A stretch of 64,000 nucleotides of DNA from Vitrella brassicaformis CCMP3155 (lineage: Eukaryota > Protista > Chromerida): the NCBI GenBank assembly GCA_001179505.1, contig CDMY01000253.1, positions 83,966-147,965 on the forward strand, in the 5' to 3' direction. Made by a program: the position numbers and the translations under genes. Below the pieces are notes generated by a model. It was not told where the DNA came from and searched no databases. It saw nothing but the letters and a program-made list of their open reading frames with translations. Shown here piece after piece: positions 36,429 through 48,821 of the stretch (position 1 is its first letter; each line of letters opens with the position of its first letter).

Positions 36429-36761
36429 TATCTGTGTGGTGTCATCAATCTACCAGCTCACCCGGCAAAGACCCACGGGGAGGCCACTGAGGCAGCCAGG
36501 CGGGACAACAAGCCGAAGTGGCACTGCCGTCGTCGCTGCGAGACGGAGAAGACCACCCGCCTCATCCCACAGTGCGCCATCTGTGGGTGGCCCGGCGGCA
36601 CCCTCAAGGAAACGACGAACGCGACTGATAAATCCACGTCACATGCGCGATCTGGCTCCTTTCATGTGTCTGTGTGTCCATCCGTATGAATGTAGGCATT
36701 CCGGTGCCATGCAGCCACAACGACAGCTCGTCATGTGACAAGGCGTTCCACCAATGCGGTG
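35968..36761 (+). pseudogene. Degenerate fragment of a PZP (PHD-Zn knuckle-PHD; BRPF/JADE/AF10/Nto1-type) chromatin-reader gene
   Basis: Spliced FCR|VCFGPGGDSLNEIKECQRCSVAVHKK, then CGVINLP...KWHCRRRC...PQCAICGWPGGTLKETT, then GIPVPCSHNDSSSCDKAFHQC. Several zinc ligands are missing or mis-spaced, and there is no usable in-phase acceptor before CGVINLP. Confidence 0.6.
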
Positions 36762-36920
36762 AGAGGACGAGACAACAGACATCACTCTGCGAATGCGTGT
36801 TGCCTTTCATTGATGTTGCCTGTATTTGCTTGTGTCTGTCTCGAGTGTGTCTGCGTCAGATTGGCGGCATTCTCGGAGAGGGGCGAGGCGTCGTCGCCTC
36901 ACGGCTGCCCACATTATATA

Positions 36921-37452
36921 GACGGCATCACATCACGGACGGCATCATCCATTCATCCATCAGCTGCTGACTGAAGATCCTCCTCGTGCCGATGGCTATG
37001 TCAGCTATTCGAGATGGACAACGAGGGACGGAGACGGCATCACATCACGGACGGCATCATCCATTCATCCATCAGCTGCTGCTGAGGGACGGAGACGGCA
37101 TCACATCACGGACGGCATCATCCATTCATCCATCAGCTGCTGCTGAAGATCCTCCTCGTGCCGATGGCTATGTCAGCTATTCGAGATGGACAACGAGGGA
37201 GCTTGGAGACGGCATCTGCACATCACGGACGGCATCATCCATTCATCCATCAGCTGCTGCTGACTGAAGATACCTGTGGCTGTCGCCACACACGGCATAT
37301 CGGCGACCAAGAAGCGAGCGGCACTGATGATGATCAAGAAGCGGACAAGGAGGAGGGAGGGAGACGGCATCACGGCATCCATCCATTCACCACCATCAGC
37401 TGCTGACTGAAGATACCTGTGGCTGTCGCCACACACGGCATATCGGCGACCA
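36921..37452 (+). repeat. Modular composite tandem array (A-B-A-A-B-A-C-x-A'-C)
   Basis: Unit A (49 nt, GACGGCATCACATCACGGACGGCATCATCCATTCATCCATCAGCTGCTG) at 36921, 37033, 37094, 37208 and degenerate at 37363. Unit B (CTGAAGATCCTCCTCGTGCC...GGACAACGAGGGA) twice. Unit C (ACTGAAGATACCTGTGGCTGTCGCCACACACGGCATATCGGCGACCAA) twice. Confidence 0.9.
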
Positions 37453-39683
37453 ATTTTTCGAGCATGATAGCAGCGAAACTCTCTATGCTCATGTCTCTCT
37501 ATGCTGCCACTTGGTGCAGGTATATCGGTGAAGCTCTCGTCGTCCTGCTGCTGTGCATGGATCGCATTCTAATATTCCCGACGGCCCCACAGGTACGTAA
37601 GTAAGGGAGAAAAAAGAGAATCATGAACGTTGGCTCATGGTCTCCTGTCTCCTCTCTTTGTTTCCTTATGCTTGGCCGCTTCGGCGGCCAGGCATCCATT
37701 GGCTTTCTCATCCATTGGCTTTCTCATCTTCAGAGTGTATCACTGACAATCGGGACGCCTCGGCGGAGCAGGGATGCGGTTACAAGATCCGGTGGCGTCT
37801 GGTCTGTGACAGTTACAGCGATTATGGGGAGTGCCCTATTATCTGTCTTCCCGTAGAGCGCCAGGCGCCACCTGGGAGCTGCGGCGCTATGTGCCTGGCT
37901 GAGAGGAGTCAGCAGCCCGACTGCCGTTGTGGCTTTACACGCCCATGCCCTATGCATAAGAACCACTGGGACAACAGCTGCTGTGACGTCACCGGAGATT
38001 GCACCGGACGCTAGGGACGGCACCGGACGCTAGGGACGGCATGCACTCGATGGATGTGTGTGTGTGTGGTGAGTTCTCCTTGTGTTCTTTGTTGTCTTCT
38101 TGTCCATGTATGGCCGCAAGCGTCGCATCACTGAGTCTCTGTACGTCCATTACACCACATATTTGTCCGTCACTTTTTGCCGCTTGCCGGTGATGGCGTG
38201 ATGTGTATTTGTGGGCTGACGAATGGCGAGAACGCGTACCTGTACAACGAGTGCGTGTGCTGTGTGCGCGCTGTCATGCGATGTCGGCGATATGATATTG
38301 AGCCTGTCTGTATGTGTACATGGGGGCGGGGACAAAGGAGGGAAAGTCGTGTGCGTCTTGTCAGGTGGGTTTGCTCCGCAAAAGAGAGAGCAGACCAGAG
38401 ACGAGTGACACACACATTGACAGAAGAGGAAATGAATGCAATATGCTTGCACGAACACCAACAAACTGCACAGACAAGGAACGCTTCAGACAAATCAACC
38501 AACGATTCGATCGACGCTGCAGCAGCCGATTGAGACGACAAGCTGTGAGTGCTTCTCGCTCGGTGTGCCTCCTTCTTTGGGCCTCTTTCATGTGGCCTCG
38601 TCGATGGATGCGCAAGATGCTGGTTTGCGTGCGCGGCTGAGCTGGATCGTGCAATTGATTGATTGTTGCGTTCAATGATTACTCAGTGCTCTCAGCCCCG
38701 TGTCAGTGTGTCCGTGTGTGTCCCGCCCACCACCATGCAATGCACTCACTTCCACACACGTCACAGATGCACGTATGGTGTACGCCTGCCGACCTGTCAA
38801 GGGCTCACTGTTTTGGAGCCAAATACACTGCATAAGCACCACACGACACGACACGACACAGTACAACAAACACTTATCACACGCACATGCATTCAACGAT
38901 TTGGCCAAACTTACCGCAGTGTAAGCGAAAGTAACAGCCGTGCGCATGAGCTACCGCCAGCAACTCTGCCGCTATGGCTCACGACAAAATCAACATTTGT
39001 GCTCATGCATGCCGCCGACGCCACGTGTCGGGAAGCCCCTGCCCGCCCGCCCGCGTGCACACAACACACACTCTCTTGCACCGCGTGTCACATTCGAGAC
39101 GCCAGAGACACCTCGCGCAACAAGAAAGAGAGCATATGTATCTGTCGCACACATGATACGCACACACTAAGCCACGCAACACGCATACATCCCGTCCCGC
39201 CCCGCCCGTCCCATGCATTCACAACAGCGCATAGACAAATACAAAGGAAACAGCGAGGTGCCACGCATGGCCGCCATTTCCCATCTCATGAGGAACTTCC
39301 ATCAGGAAGTCACATAATGAGTGGCACGTTCAACGTCACGGGGTTAGGTGGAGCGCCACAATTGTCGCCCTTAAAGCCGATAAGTCTCTGAAAGAGATAC
39401 ACATGAAAATGCATATATGCCTCTCTGGCGCCCGTGCGTCTGTCCAGCTGTTTTGTCTTTATAGTGTCGGTGTCTGTGTCAAGACTGGCTCACGTAGAAA
39501 CAATCTGCTCCATCCTGTGATCCATCACCTTCGCAAGAGAGCTGCACATATGGCACGCGCGAGAGGGACAGAATGGTTTCTATCATAATGCTGCCTTGGA
39601 TGCATGTGCTGCTTCGGCTTGTCAAGCAGACGTGAGACGTACCGTAATTTCGTACTCAGCTGCCATTTCTCCAGAGTTGGCCA

Positions 39684-40238
39684 CTAGAATCCAGTGGTCC
39701 GCGGGTGGGGCAAACTGTTAATTGATTTGCAATTTACGCCCTGCCTGCCATTGCATATCATGCATTGACCGACCAGCATAGACGCCTGCCCAAGTAGCGC
39801 GAATTGTTTCGTGTCGCTGCTTACGAGGTGATTTCGCAAATGTCGAACCCCATTGCTTGCGGGGATTTGAGGTGCCAGCTGTGAGTGGTGTCGGCAGGAA
39901 TCTGAAAAGGGCCAAGGTCTTCAAGGAACGCATATTCGAGAAACCCAGTGTCATTCCGGAAGAATTCTGCACACAAGACAGAAACGGAAGGCACAGACAT
40001 CTCTCCCTTCTCCACGTCTCGCTCGCTTTACCAGGGCAGTTAGCCTCAGGCTGTATGAGGCTGTCGGAATTCATGCCGTCACCTGTATCAGACAAGACGG
40101 ACGCACGAAGGTCAGATTTCGTGCAGTGTCGAGTGTGGAGTGGCTCAGTCAGTCACCTTCCGCCTGCAGTCGGCGGAGCTGGCAGTTGGCGACGCCAGCG
40201 AGAGCGATGAGCAGCAGGAGAGACAGCGCGCGCGACAT
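39684..40238 (-). CDS. Small secreted hypothetical protein with a signal peptide + QLRRL leader
   Basis: Spliced MSRALSLLLLIALAGVANC-QLRRLQAE|GDGMNSDSLIQPEANCP|EFFRNDTGFLEYAFLEDLGPFQIPADTTHSWHLKSPQAMGFDICEITS|... Phase-1 junctions are consistent. The last exon and stop are uncertain. Confidence 0.6.
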
Positions 40239-41072
40239 CGTAGTCACAGATGGATTGCAGCAAGATGCAACGTACGGGCGTAACGGTTGCCGTTAGCGCT
40301 CGCTTCTGGAAATTGTGGACAGATTCGACGTTGGCCACCGTCCCGCTTTCCCGATGACGATGACGCACAGTGATGACGCTGCGTGTGTTGGGCCTGCTCG
40401 TGTGTTGGGATTCTCAGCGGCGTCGCCCACTGGTGAGCCGATCCTGCATCGTGCACGCATGGTGGGGCCTGAGAGATCTGTCCTTCCTCCGTGTGTCCCT
40501 GCCCGCTTCCTCGTGCAGCGGACGAGCCTGCTGAGAACGGCGAGCCTCTCGCAGCGGCTGACCAGGCCGCAGAGCTCGAGCACACCCATGTAGGCCACCC
40601 ATGATGGATGTGGTAGGCCACCCATGAAGGCGTTCCTCACGCACACACATGTGGGTTTTTTGTGTAAAACAAACTCAGGGCGGCCCCATCCTGCCCGGCG
40701 GGAGTGTCCTCGTGTTGCGTCCCACCACAAGATTCTCCCCCTGCCCACACCCGTGCCCACACCCATGCCCTCATTCGGACCGGCAGCACCACATTGCAGA
40801 CACGGACAGTGGAATTGCAAAGCGATCGTTTGTGCATCTCGAGGCGAGACTTGTGTGTCGCTTTTTGCAAACACACTTCAGAAACCGCTTATGTATGTCG
40901 TCAAGTCAATCATCCTACAGGCTAGCAGTAGCCTGTCTCTCTCTCCCGTCCTACGGTATGAGAAATCTCACATACCCATCCGCCCGCACACCACACCCAA
41001 CCGACATCCACCCAAGCTAAGCTCACTTCCACGAAGAAAGACACCACATAGCCACCCACATATCCCACTTCG

Positions 41073-43240
41073 TCACACTGACGGCTGTGCAGGCCCAATC
41101 ATTTTGATACTCCTGCGTCTCCTCCTGCCCGAAGTCTTGCGTTCATCATTCCAATCGAGTATCTGCTGTGCCATATCAGCCATCTGCTTTGCGTGATGCA
41201 GCTGCGCCTCCCACGTGCACGCCCCTCGTGGCTGCTGGCTCTTGCTCGGCCTGTTGGGGTCCTCTGGCGCTGGATTGCGAAGCGTCCGAACATGGAACGG
41301 CTCCAGCGGGGGTGTCTTGTCAAGGTCCCGAAGCTGGGCTAAACACGTGTTCTTCAGAGACAGGTAAATGGCCTCAGCGGCAGACTCCACGTGTGTCTTC
41401 CTCTGGGCGCCTGGCTTGGGCAGGAAGTCCCTCACGAAGAGCCACGCGATGCCGAGCAGCTGAGAGTCCTCTACGCGAGGCCAGCAGGGGGCGTTGCGCA
41501 CGTAGGCATGCCCAGGTGTGTACTTCCACTCTGTGGGGAGAAGTTTGTTCTTGATGTGCCAATACTCGTCCCAGGTGCGGGAAAACGACCAATCGAAAAT
41601 GATGATGTCCTGGAAGCGAACACCGATGTACTGAACCGCACCCAAAACACACACATCCACAGTCGCTCTCTCCTCACACACAGCGAGACATGGCAGCTTG
41701 CCCACCGAGTGCCGGTATCTCTGGTCCGGTCTGTTGGTGGCCTCACGAATGGTGATGTACTCTCGCGGATCCTTGCTAGGAGGGTAGGGGTACATCCGCA
41801 GGAAGATCTGGCTGCCGTGGAGGTCACAGTGCTGGACGCCGTGGTGTCTCATACGATAGAGCACCTGTTCTATCGTGCGGATAAACACCCAGCCTTGCGG
41901 CAGGATCTCCTGCAATGCGCAAAGGCAGCAATGGCAGAAAGGGTAGACTCACAGCAACATTGGTGGCATGTCTCGCCCACCTCGTGCGTGACGAACTTTT
42001 GGTTCTCATAGGGAAGTTCCCAGCCTGTCACGTGGATCATCCGCTGCAGCAATAACTTATCTGAAACAACCACAGCAGACATAGATGCTCTGCATCAGCA
42101 CTACTCAAGTATTTCCCGCGTTTCTTGCCTTCCAGGAGCTCAATGCCGCGTGTTGGCGCAGGGCTGTTGCCCAGCAGCAGGGGAGAGGTGATCTTCGTCA
42201 TTTTCTGCAGGGCGTCAGAAAGAGTGTCGTCAGCGGTGTGGCTGACAGGTAGGGCAAACACCAAATACATGTTGGGGATCTGGGGGAAGTCGCCCGAACG
42301 GATCACATCGCCCCACTGCTCCCACAGCTGGCGAGTCTCTGACACACGCACACAGACAGAGTTGCCCTCGCCCATCTTGCGCCTCTATCCCCGCCTGTCT
42401 ACTCACTTCTCTTCTCGACGGCAAGGTATCCCTCCTCGTATCCCGCCACTTTGACGATGTCTCTTCTTAAGTCAGCCTTGATGGCCGCGCCAATCCGATC
42501 TAGGCATATAAAACACATAAAATCAGGGTGGCCTAGGCAGGTCAGTCAATCTGAGTGATTCAGATGGCCACCAGCTGAATTCAGCGCCCGCCACGCCGAG
42601 TGGCGAAAATCCCATACCCACAGCTCAGCATCCAACACGAAGTCTGCATGGATGGATGGTAGGAGAAAGTCCGAGAAAGTTGTTCCTTGAGTGCAAACTG
42701 ACTTACGCGGTGTGAGAATGTTTGCAAAGACGACCGCGCCGAACTGGCCCCATCTGGCGACATCTCGGCCATCGTATGGCTCGAGCGGCGTCACTTCCTC
42801 CTCAACCGTCACCAGAGGATTCGCTGCGTCCGCTCTCTGAACCCTACCTGCAGAACAAATACCCATCATCGGAGGGACCAATCCAGCAGCACTGTGCTTG
42901 CATGTTGCTTACGCACACACGCCAGGTAGGGGTGCCGATTGGCTTCGGGGGAACAGAGCTCGTCGATGATGGGCTTCGCATACTGAAACCTCTGCTCGCT
43001 TGTGAGGGGCTGCGTGGCGTTTGCTGAAACGTCGCTGAGCGACAAAGGCCACGGCCCATGAGCAGGTGGCACCATAAACGCAGCGGACGCATTGTCTTGC
43101 TGCCCTCGCCAGAGGCGTGAAATCCACCACGGTCTCTGCCTTCTTCCAACGGCTCCGACGTATGCCATGCCGTGTGCAGTCACCAGCAACAACACAAGGC
43201 ACGCATTGGCCAGTGCAAACAGGGAAACGCAGCTCATCAT
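41073..43240 (-). CDS. Atypical protein-kinase-fold protein with an N-terminal signal peptide
   Basis: Signal MMSCVSLFALANACLVLLLVTAHG. Spliced kinase-like elements: WGQFGAVV (Gly loop), GAAIK (beta3 Lys), YLAVEKR (alphaC Glu), HGVQHCDLHGSQI (catalytic loop) and IIIFDWSFS (DFG equivalent). The 3' end may extend further. Confidence 0.7.
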
Positions 43241-43319
43241 TGGTCCCCAGCGATGCATGCATGCGCCCCCAGACCCCCCCCCCCTCGAGCTCGCAAATGA
43301 ATCAGTTTCGCTATAGTCA

Positions 43320-45711
43320 ATGGACGCGCGGAGAGGTTCTGGTGGCTGCAGCGGCACCGAGCAGTGGTCCAACTCCGCCTCAGTCCAGCAGACGCTCTCC
43401 GGTTTCATCGCAAGCAAGGGCGTGAAGCGAAGACGAGATGATGATGGACAAGGGTGGGAGCGCACCATCGTGCACATCGACGTCGATTGCTTCTACGCCC
43501 AGGTGCCAATACAACAAAGATGCCCAAAATGTGTTACTGCATGCTGCGTGTGCGTCACCTTCAGTGTGAAGAGCTGAGAGATCCGACGCTCCGTGGCAAG
43601 CCCGTTGGCGTACAGCAGAAGTTTCTGGTGCGCGCGAATTGAGGCGTGCAGTATCATCCATGCCGACGCGCACCGTCCTCTTGTGTTTCTGTACTGAGCA
43701 GGTGATCACTTCCAACTACGCGGCTCGTCAGCATGGGCTCACCAAGGGCATGAACGTCAAGGAGGCCAAGCAGAAGTGTCCGCAGCTCATCCTCAAGAGC
43801 GGCGAGAACCTCGACTTCTACCGTGAGACCTCTCAACGCATCTTCGAGCTCCTCTGCAGCCCCAACACATGGCGACCCATGCTCCCCTCCTCCCGCACCC
43901 CGCACCCCATCAATGTGGAGCGCCTCGGCCTCGATGAGTTCTTCATCGACGTCACGCCACTGGTGACTGCCTACGACGACCGCATTGAGCAGCTGGAGAG
44001 GGGCGGCACTCCATCTGGGCAAGAGGCTGCCGAGCTGCCCGACAGTCGGCTGTCGAGTGTGTGTGGTAGCAGCAGTGTGTCGTTCGAGGGGCACGTCTAC
44101 TCTCACGAGGGAGCCGATCCATCTATCGCAGTGGATTGTGAGTCGGCGATGGGTGGGTGTGTGCGTCGCCTTGCCTTGGGTTCGATTGCGTGCGGGTTCA
44201 CGCGCCGCCTGCTGGTGGACAAGATGCAGCTGACAACGTGTGGAGGTGAGAGGGGGCAGGGAGTGTATGTGGTGCTCATTTGGGCAGGTGATGGGTGTTG
44301 GATCACTTGCGTCAGGCGTGTCATACAACAAGATGCTGGCCAAGAAGGTGGGCGGTGAGCACAAGCCCAACCAGCAGACCTGTCTGCTGCCGGATCGCGT
44401 GAAACAGTTCATGCAGGTGAGTGACCCCCGCTGCCCCATTCCTGTGCGTGGGCGCATCCGTCAGCCTGCGTGCACCTCATCTTGCGTCTTGGTGGTCAGG
44501 GTTGCACGTTGGGCAGCATCCCGGGCATTGGCTTTGCCACCTGCGCCAAACTCAAAGAGAGAGGGTAAGGGCACACGAACGAGCGGCGCAGTGCAGTGGA
44601 GGGAAGAAACAGAAACGGCCTGTCTGTACTGTGCACGTCTGTGTGCAGGCTGGCGAGTGTGCCTGACGTGTTGTCGAGCCCGCCTCACATGATTCGTGAC
44701 GCAGTGGGTCACGACATGGCCACAGTAGTGTTGCAGCTCTGCAACGGCATCGACCCCACACCCGTCAAGCAGACAGGTCGAAGAAGAATGCTCACTCGAC
44801 TGCCTGCTATAAGCGTAAACTGTCCCCCTGTCTGTGTGTGTCAGGTCCTCCCCAGAGTATAAGTGTAGAGAACTCCTATTGGGCGTCGCCGATCTTTGGC
44901 CGCGATGGCGTCATGAGGGAGATAACCAGGCTTGCTCCTCACCTCATCCAGCGGTCGTGGGAACACACGGCGAGGCACAGACAGGTGCCACAGACATTCA
45001 AACTTACCGTCAGGTACCACCAACTCAGAGAGAGCCAGCGAGGATGCGATTTCCAGCCAAGTATGGACCTCTTTCTCCTCTGTCTGTGTAGGTTTGTGGG
45101 CAAATCGAGCCGCGAGTGTCGACAGGCCGCCCTGCCCCCGAACGCCATCCCTCGTGCACCGCCAGCCAGCGACCGCAGCTCTGCGGTGGGCGAGGGGGAA
45201 CCTCAGTCGCCCCCTGTCCCTGGGGCCCTCATAAGACTAGCTGCATCACTGCTCAACAAACTGGTAAAGAAGGACACACGCCACCAGGGATACACAGGCC
45301 GTCTGTTACAGTGGTTGTGTGTGTGTGGTGTGTGTGTGTGTCCAGGTGCCCGACACATCTCGTCCGTTCCATTGCAACATCCTCAACCTGGCCCTCACCA
45401 ACTTCCACAGCGCCCCGCCGCCCCCACTCACATTCTCGCGTCCACAACCACCACAGCAATCGCGAGCAGCTGCCGCCCAGCCCCCATGCCCAGAGACGAT
45501 CGACCTTGACACATTCGATGAGGAGCAGAAACAGCCGTCATGTCGGGTGCCTGATGGTGTGGACGCTGCGTGGTTTATGGGGCTGCCTGCCGGCATCCAG
45601 GCGGAGGTGCGGCGGCAGCATGTGAATAGGGGAGGAGGGGGGCATGGTGCCAGGGGAGGGGGGCGGGCGACGAGCATTTTGGACTACGTCAAGAGACAAA
45701 AAGAGCCTTGA
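43320..45711 (+). CDS. POLI: Y-family DNA polymerase iota
   Basis: TIVHIDVDCFYAQ|CEELRDPTLRGKPVGVQQKFL|VITSNYAAR, ERLGLDEFFIDVT (catalytic DE), GVSYNKMLAK..HKPNQQT, and a C-terminal UBM-like WFMGLPAGIQAEV. VDCFYAQ and PVGVQQK are iota-type signatures. Confidence 0.85.
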
Positions 45712-47269
45712 TGTGCTCGGAGGGCTACAGTCGGGATGTTTTCTTCATGTCCATTCACATGTTTTCTGGGCGTGTGAGAGCGGCAAATGTTGTAGGCCCT
45801 GTACAGGTGTGCGTCTCGTCGGTGCTTCGTTCTCCTCCTCGTGTATGGTTTGTGGTCTTGGTTGTCGGTCTCGAAGGTGCTGCCGACTGCCTGCTCAGGC
45901 AGCAACTTCCAGACCGACCGACCGCACCATAAACCAACAGCACGTGCGGAGGGACACAAGACAAGTGTAGTGTGTACTTTGCCGATTGACTGACGCCATG
46001 CACTCACTATGTGATCCGTGTGTCAAGCGTTCTCATCCATGCCAGAAGAAGCGTATATATGTCGATATTCATAAAACCATGTCCTCTATCTCATTTCTCT
46101 CCCTCCCTCTATTGGCCTGTGTCACACCACCACACGTCAGTCGCTCACTAGGTCCGTTCTGGGCTCCTGTGTGGGTACTGATTGGCCTGCGCCGCCCCCT
46201 AAGGGCAGCACCTTCGAGATGGAAAAACTGGCCGACAAACCGCACGCACATCGGGGGCAGCACAACCGCGCGTGTACTATCGTTAGTCCATCAAGTCGGT
46301 TTATGTCATTGATTCATCGCAGAAGAAGTGTCCGCTTTACATAACACATGCACAACCCCGTCTCCCACTCATCGTCACCCAGTCCACACACGTGGTCACA
46401 CACACACACTCACACACTGGTCGGTTCTCGCCTCACAGCCATCCCACATATCCGCTCATACACCCGTATCATGGTCACGCAATTGGCTTTGCATGACATG
46501 ATCAGTCTGCCATCCGTCCATCCATACATGTTGACTAGTTCGCTCCATCAAGCACGCTGAGCCGCACACATCGCATCTACGACCCCACCCCCCCATGGCT
46601 GTGAGGGATCCCATCTAAGATATAAGTGTGTGTGGTAGTGTACACCGGCCATCAGACAGACGCATATCATCCGCCTCGCTCTCGCAAACCGCCCCCATTA
46701 CGCGCACACGTCACTCGCACGCAGCCACTCTGCCACAGACAGACAGACCGACAGACAGACAGCCATCCAGTACACACACACAGCGGACGCAGCGGTAGAT
46801 AAGACTACACCGCCCCCTTGATTCTGTCTGTCTGTGAGCAAAGTAGTTTGGCGGGGTGGGTGCTTGGCACGCCGCCCATACCGACACACACAGACAATAC
46901 ACACATGGAAACGTCTGTACTAGGGAGAGAGAGGGGGCTGGGCTCAACTCGGCTGTCTTGGCTGTCTGTCTAGTAGAGGGGCTTGGCTATGTGTGGGTGT
47001 GGGGGGCGAGGTGAGGGCAAGACAGACACACAGACAGACGAGCAGACTGACTGACTGTATGGTCGCCTGTCTGTGTCTGCCACACGAGGCGATGGAAGGC
47101 ATGATGGCACTTCACACATTCCGCAAAAAGAAGACGAGTCAAGACTAAAAAGCCAATCAGCCGTCAAGTGCCCCCCACCCACACAGAGTCCACAAAATGG
47201 CAAAGAAAACCCGGCACATCGAGTTCCCCTGACCCCCCAACCGATGGACGAAAAAGACGGAGAAAGGAA

Positions 47270-47900
47270 ACGATCAATCGACGACGACAAAAAGACCCCC
47301 ACGACACCATACGCGGCACCCCACCCATCCCTCCGTCCGACCCATTGACCAACCCCGTGTATTGGTCTCCATTACTGCCCCTCTCCTCAGCTCGCCATGG
47401 GCGCGGCCAGAGGAAGGAAAAAGCAGCAATGGGCTGACTGTAGTAAGGCGGTGTGGGGGTACCAACAAACGACAACAACACGTATTGCATTGCCCCCTCC
47501 CGGCCCGTCCACCGCTGCCCTTCCATGCCCCACTACTCCGGAAGAGCTGCGAGGTCAAAGCAGCAGTACTGACTGACCGATCGGCCGACGACGACAGAAA
47601 AGAACCCCTCGACACCACCCACCCCCACGACACCACCCAACCTCCCCATCCGACCGATTGTATTTGTGTGCATCACTGCCCCTCTCCTCAGCTCTTCAAG
47701 GAAGCGGCCAGAGGAAGGCAAAAAGCAGTGATGGGCTGACTGACTGACTGTAGTACGACGGGTGGGGGGGAATCGAATCAACCCAAACACAACACAACAG
47801 GCAATGCACTGATTGCATTGCCCCCGCCCGGCCCGTCCACCGCTGCCCATCGATCCCCCGCTACTCCTGGAGACTGCGAGGTCAGAGCAGTGGTGGACTG
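47270..47900 (+). repeat. Imperfect tandem duplication, period about 305 bp, in an intergenic region
   Basis: CTGCCCCTCTCCTCAGCTC..GCGGCCAGAGGAAGG.AAAAAGCAG..ATGGGCTGACTG at about 47375 and 47677. CCGGCCCGTCCACCGCTGCCC...CTGCGAGGTCA at about 47500 and 47827. Confidence 0.8.
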
Positions 47901-48821
47901 ACTGACTGGCGAGGGAATGCGCTGCGGTGACAAAAAAGACCGACCGACAAACGACGACAGCTATCCATCCACCTCTGCCACACACATACATCTTCCAAAA
48001 GGATGACGGACGACAGCAAGCCCCCCAACCATAAGCACAGTCGACCGACACACCGAGTGCCCCCGACGCCCAACAGATGAAACACAAAAGATGGAGAACC
48101 GACCGATCGACGACGACATTATGAACGCCACGACAGACACCACACGCGGCATCCATCCGACCAACCAGCCAGCCAGCCAGCAAATCTGTCTGTCTGTCTG
48201 TTTGTCTGTTGCGGCATACAGCACCATGCGGACACCTACACCTGCCCGACTGTGTGTTGTCCTGACGTGTGTGTTTGATCCAGCCCGGCCAGCCCTCGTG
48301 TGTGCTGGGAGCAGGGGGTAGGGATGAGTGGTGGATGGAAGGAAAGATACCGTACAGTCAGTCACTCGGCACCCGGGCAGACGACAAATGAGCGGAACCA
48401 GCCACACGACGCACTCACAAATTGGCGGGGCAGACAGACCAAACAAGATACTCACACCATACACACACACACGACAATCAGCACACGCAGGGCAGTCAAA
48501 CGACGACAAATCACAAACAAAGAGCGGGACAAATCGAGCCATACCAAAAAAGAGGTACGCGTGTCAGTCTGATACGTTTGGGTGGGGGTGGGGGTGACAG
48601 AGACATCACAGCGTAACGGTTCGCTGATGTTGGAAAAAAACACCATCACACAAACCGTTGGCTGGCAGGCAGACCAAACACTCATATCAGCCATATCTCT
48701 CTGGTTCTCTCACACCCAACCTTACACCCAGGCCGTTAGAGAGAATGCATCCCAACCCCCTTATTGTCCCTATCAGTCTGTCCGTCTGCCGGGGGTTTGC
48801 TACCTGTGAGTGTGTGTTGGT

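Noticed and set aside
36921-37452. CRISPR array
   Set aside because: The 'spacers' are themselves duplicated (B twice, C twice) or absent, the repeat is 49 nt and not palindromic, there are no cas genes, and the context is eukaryotic.
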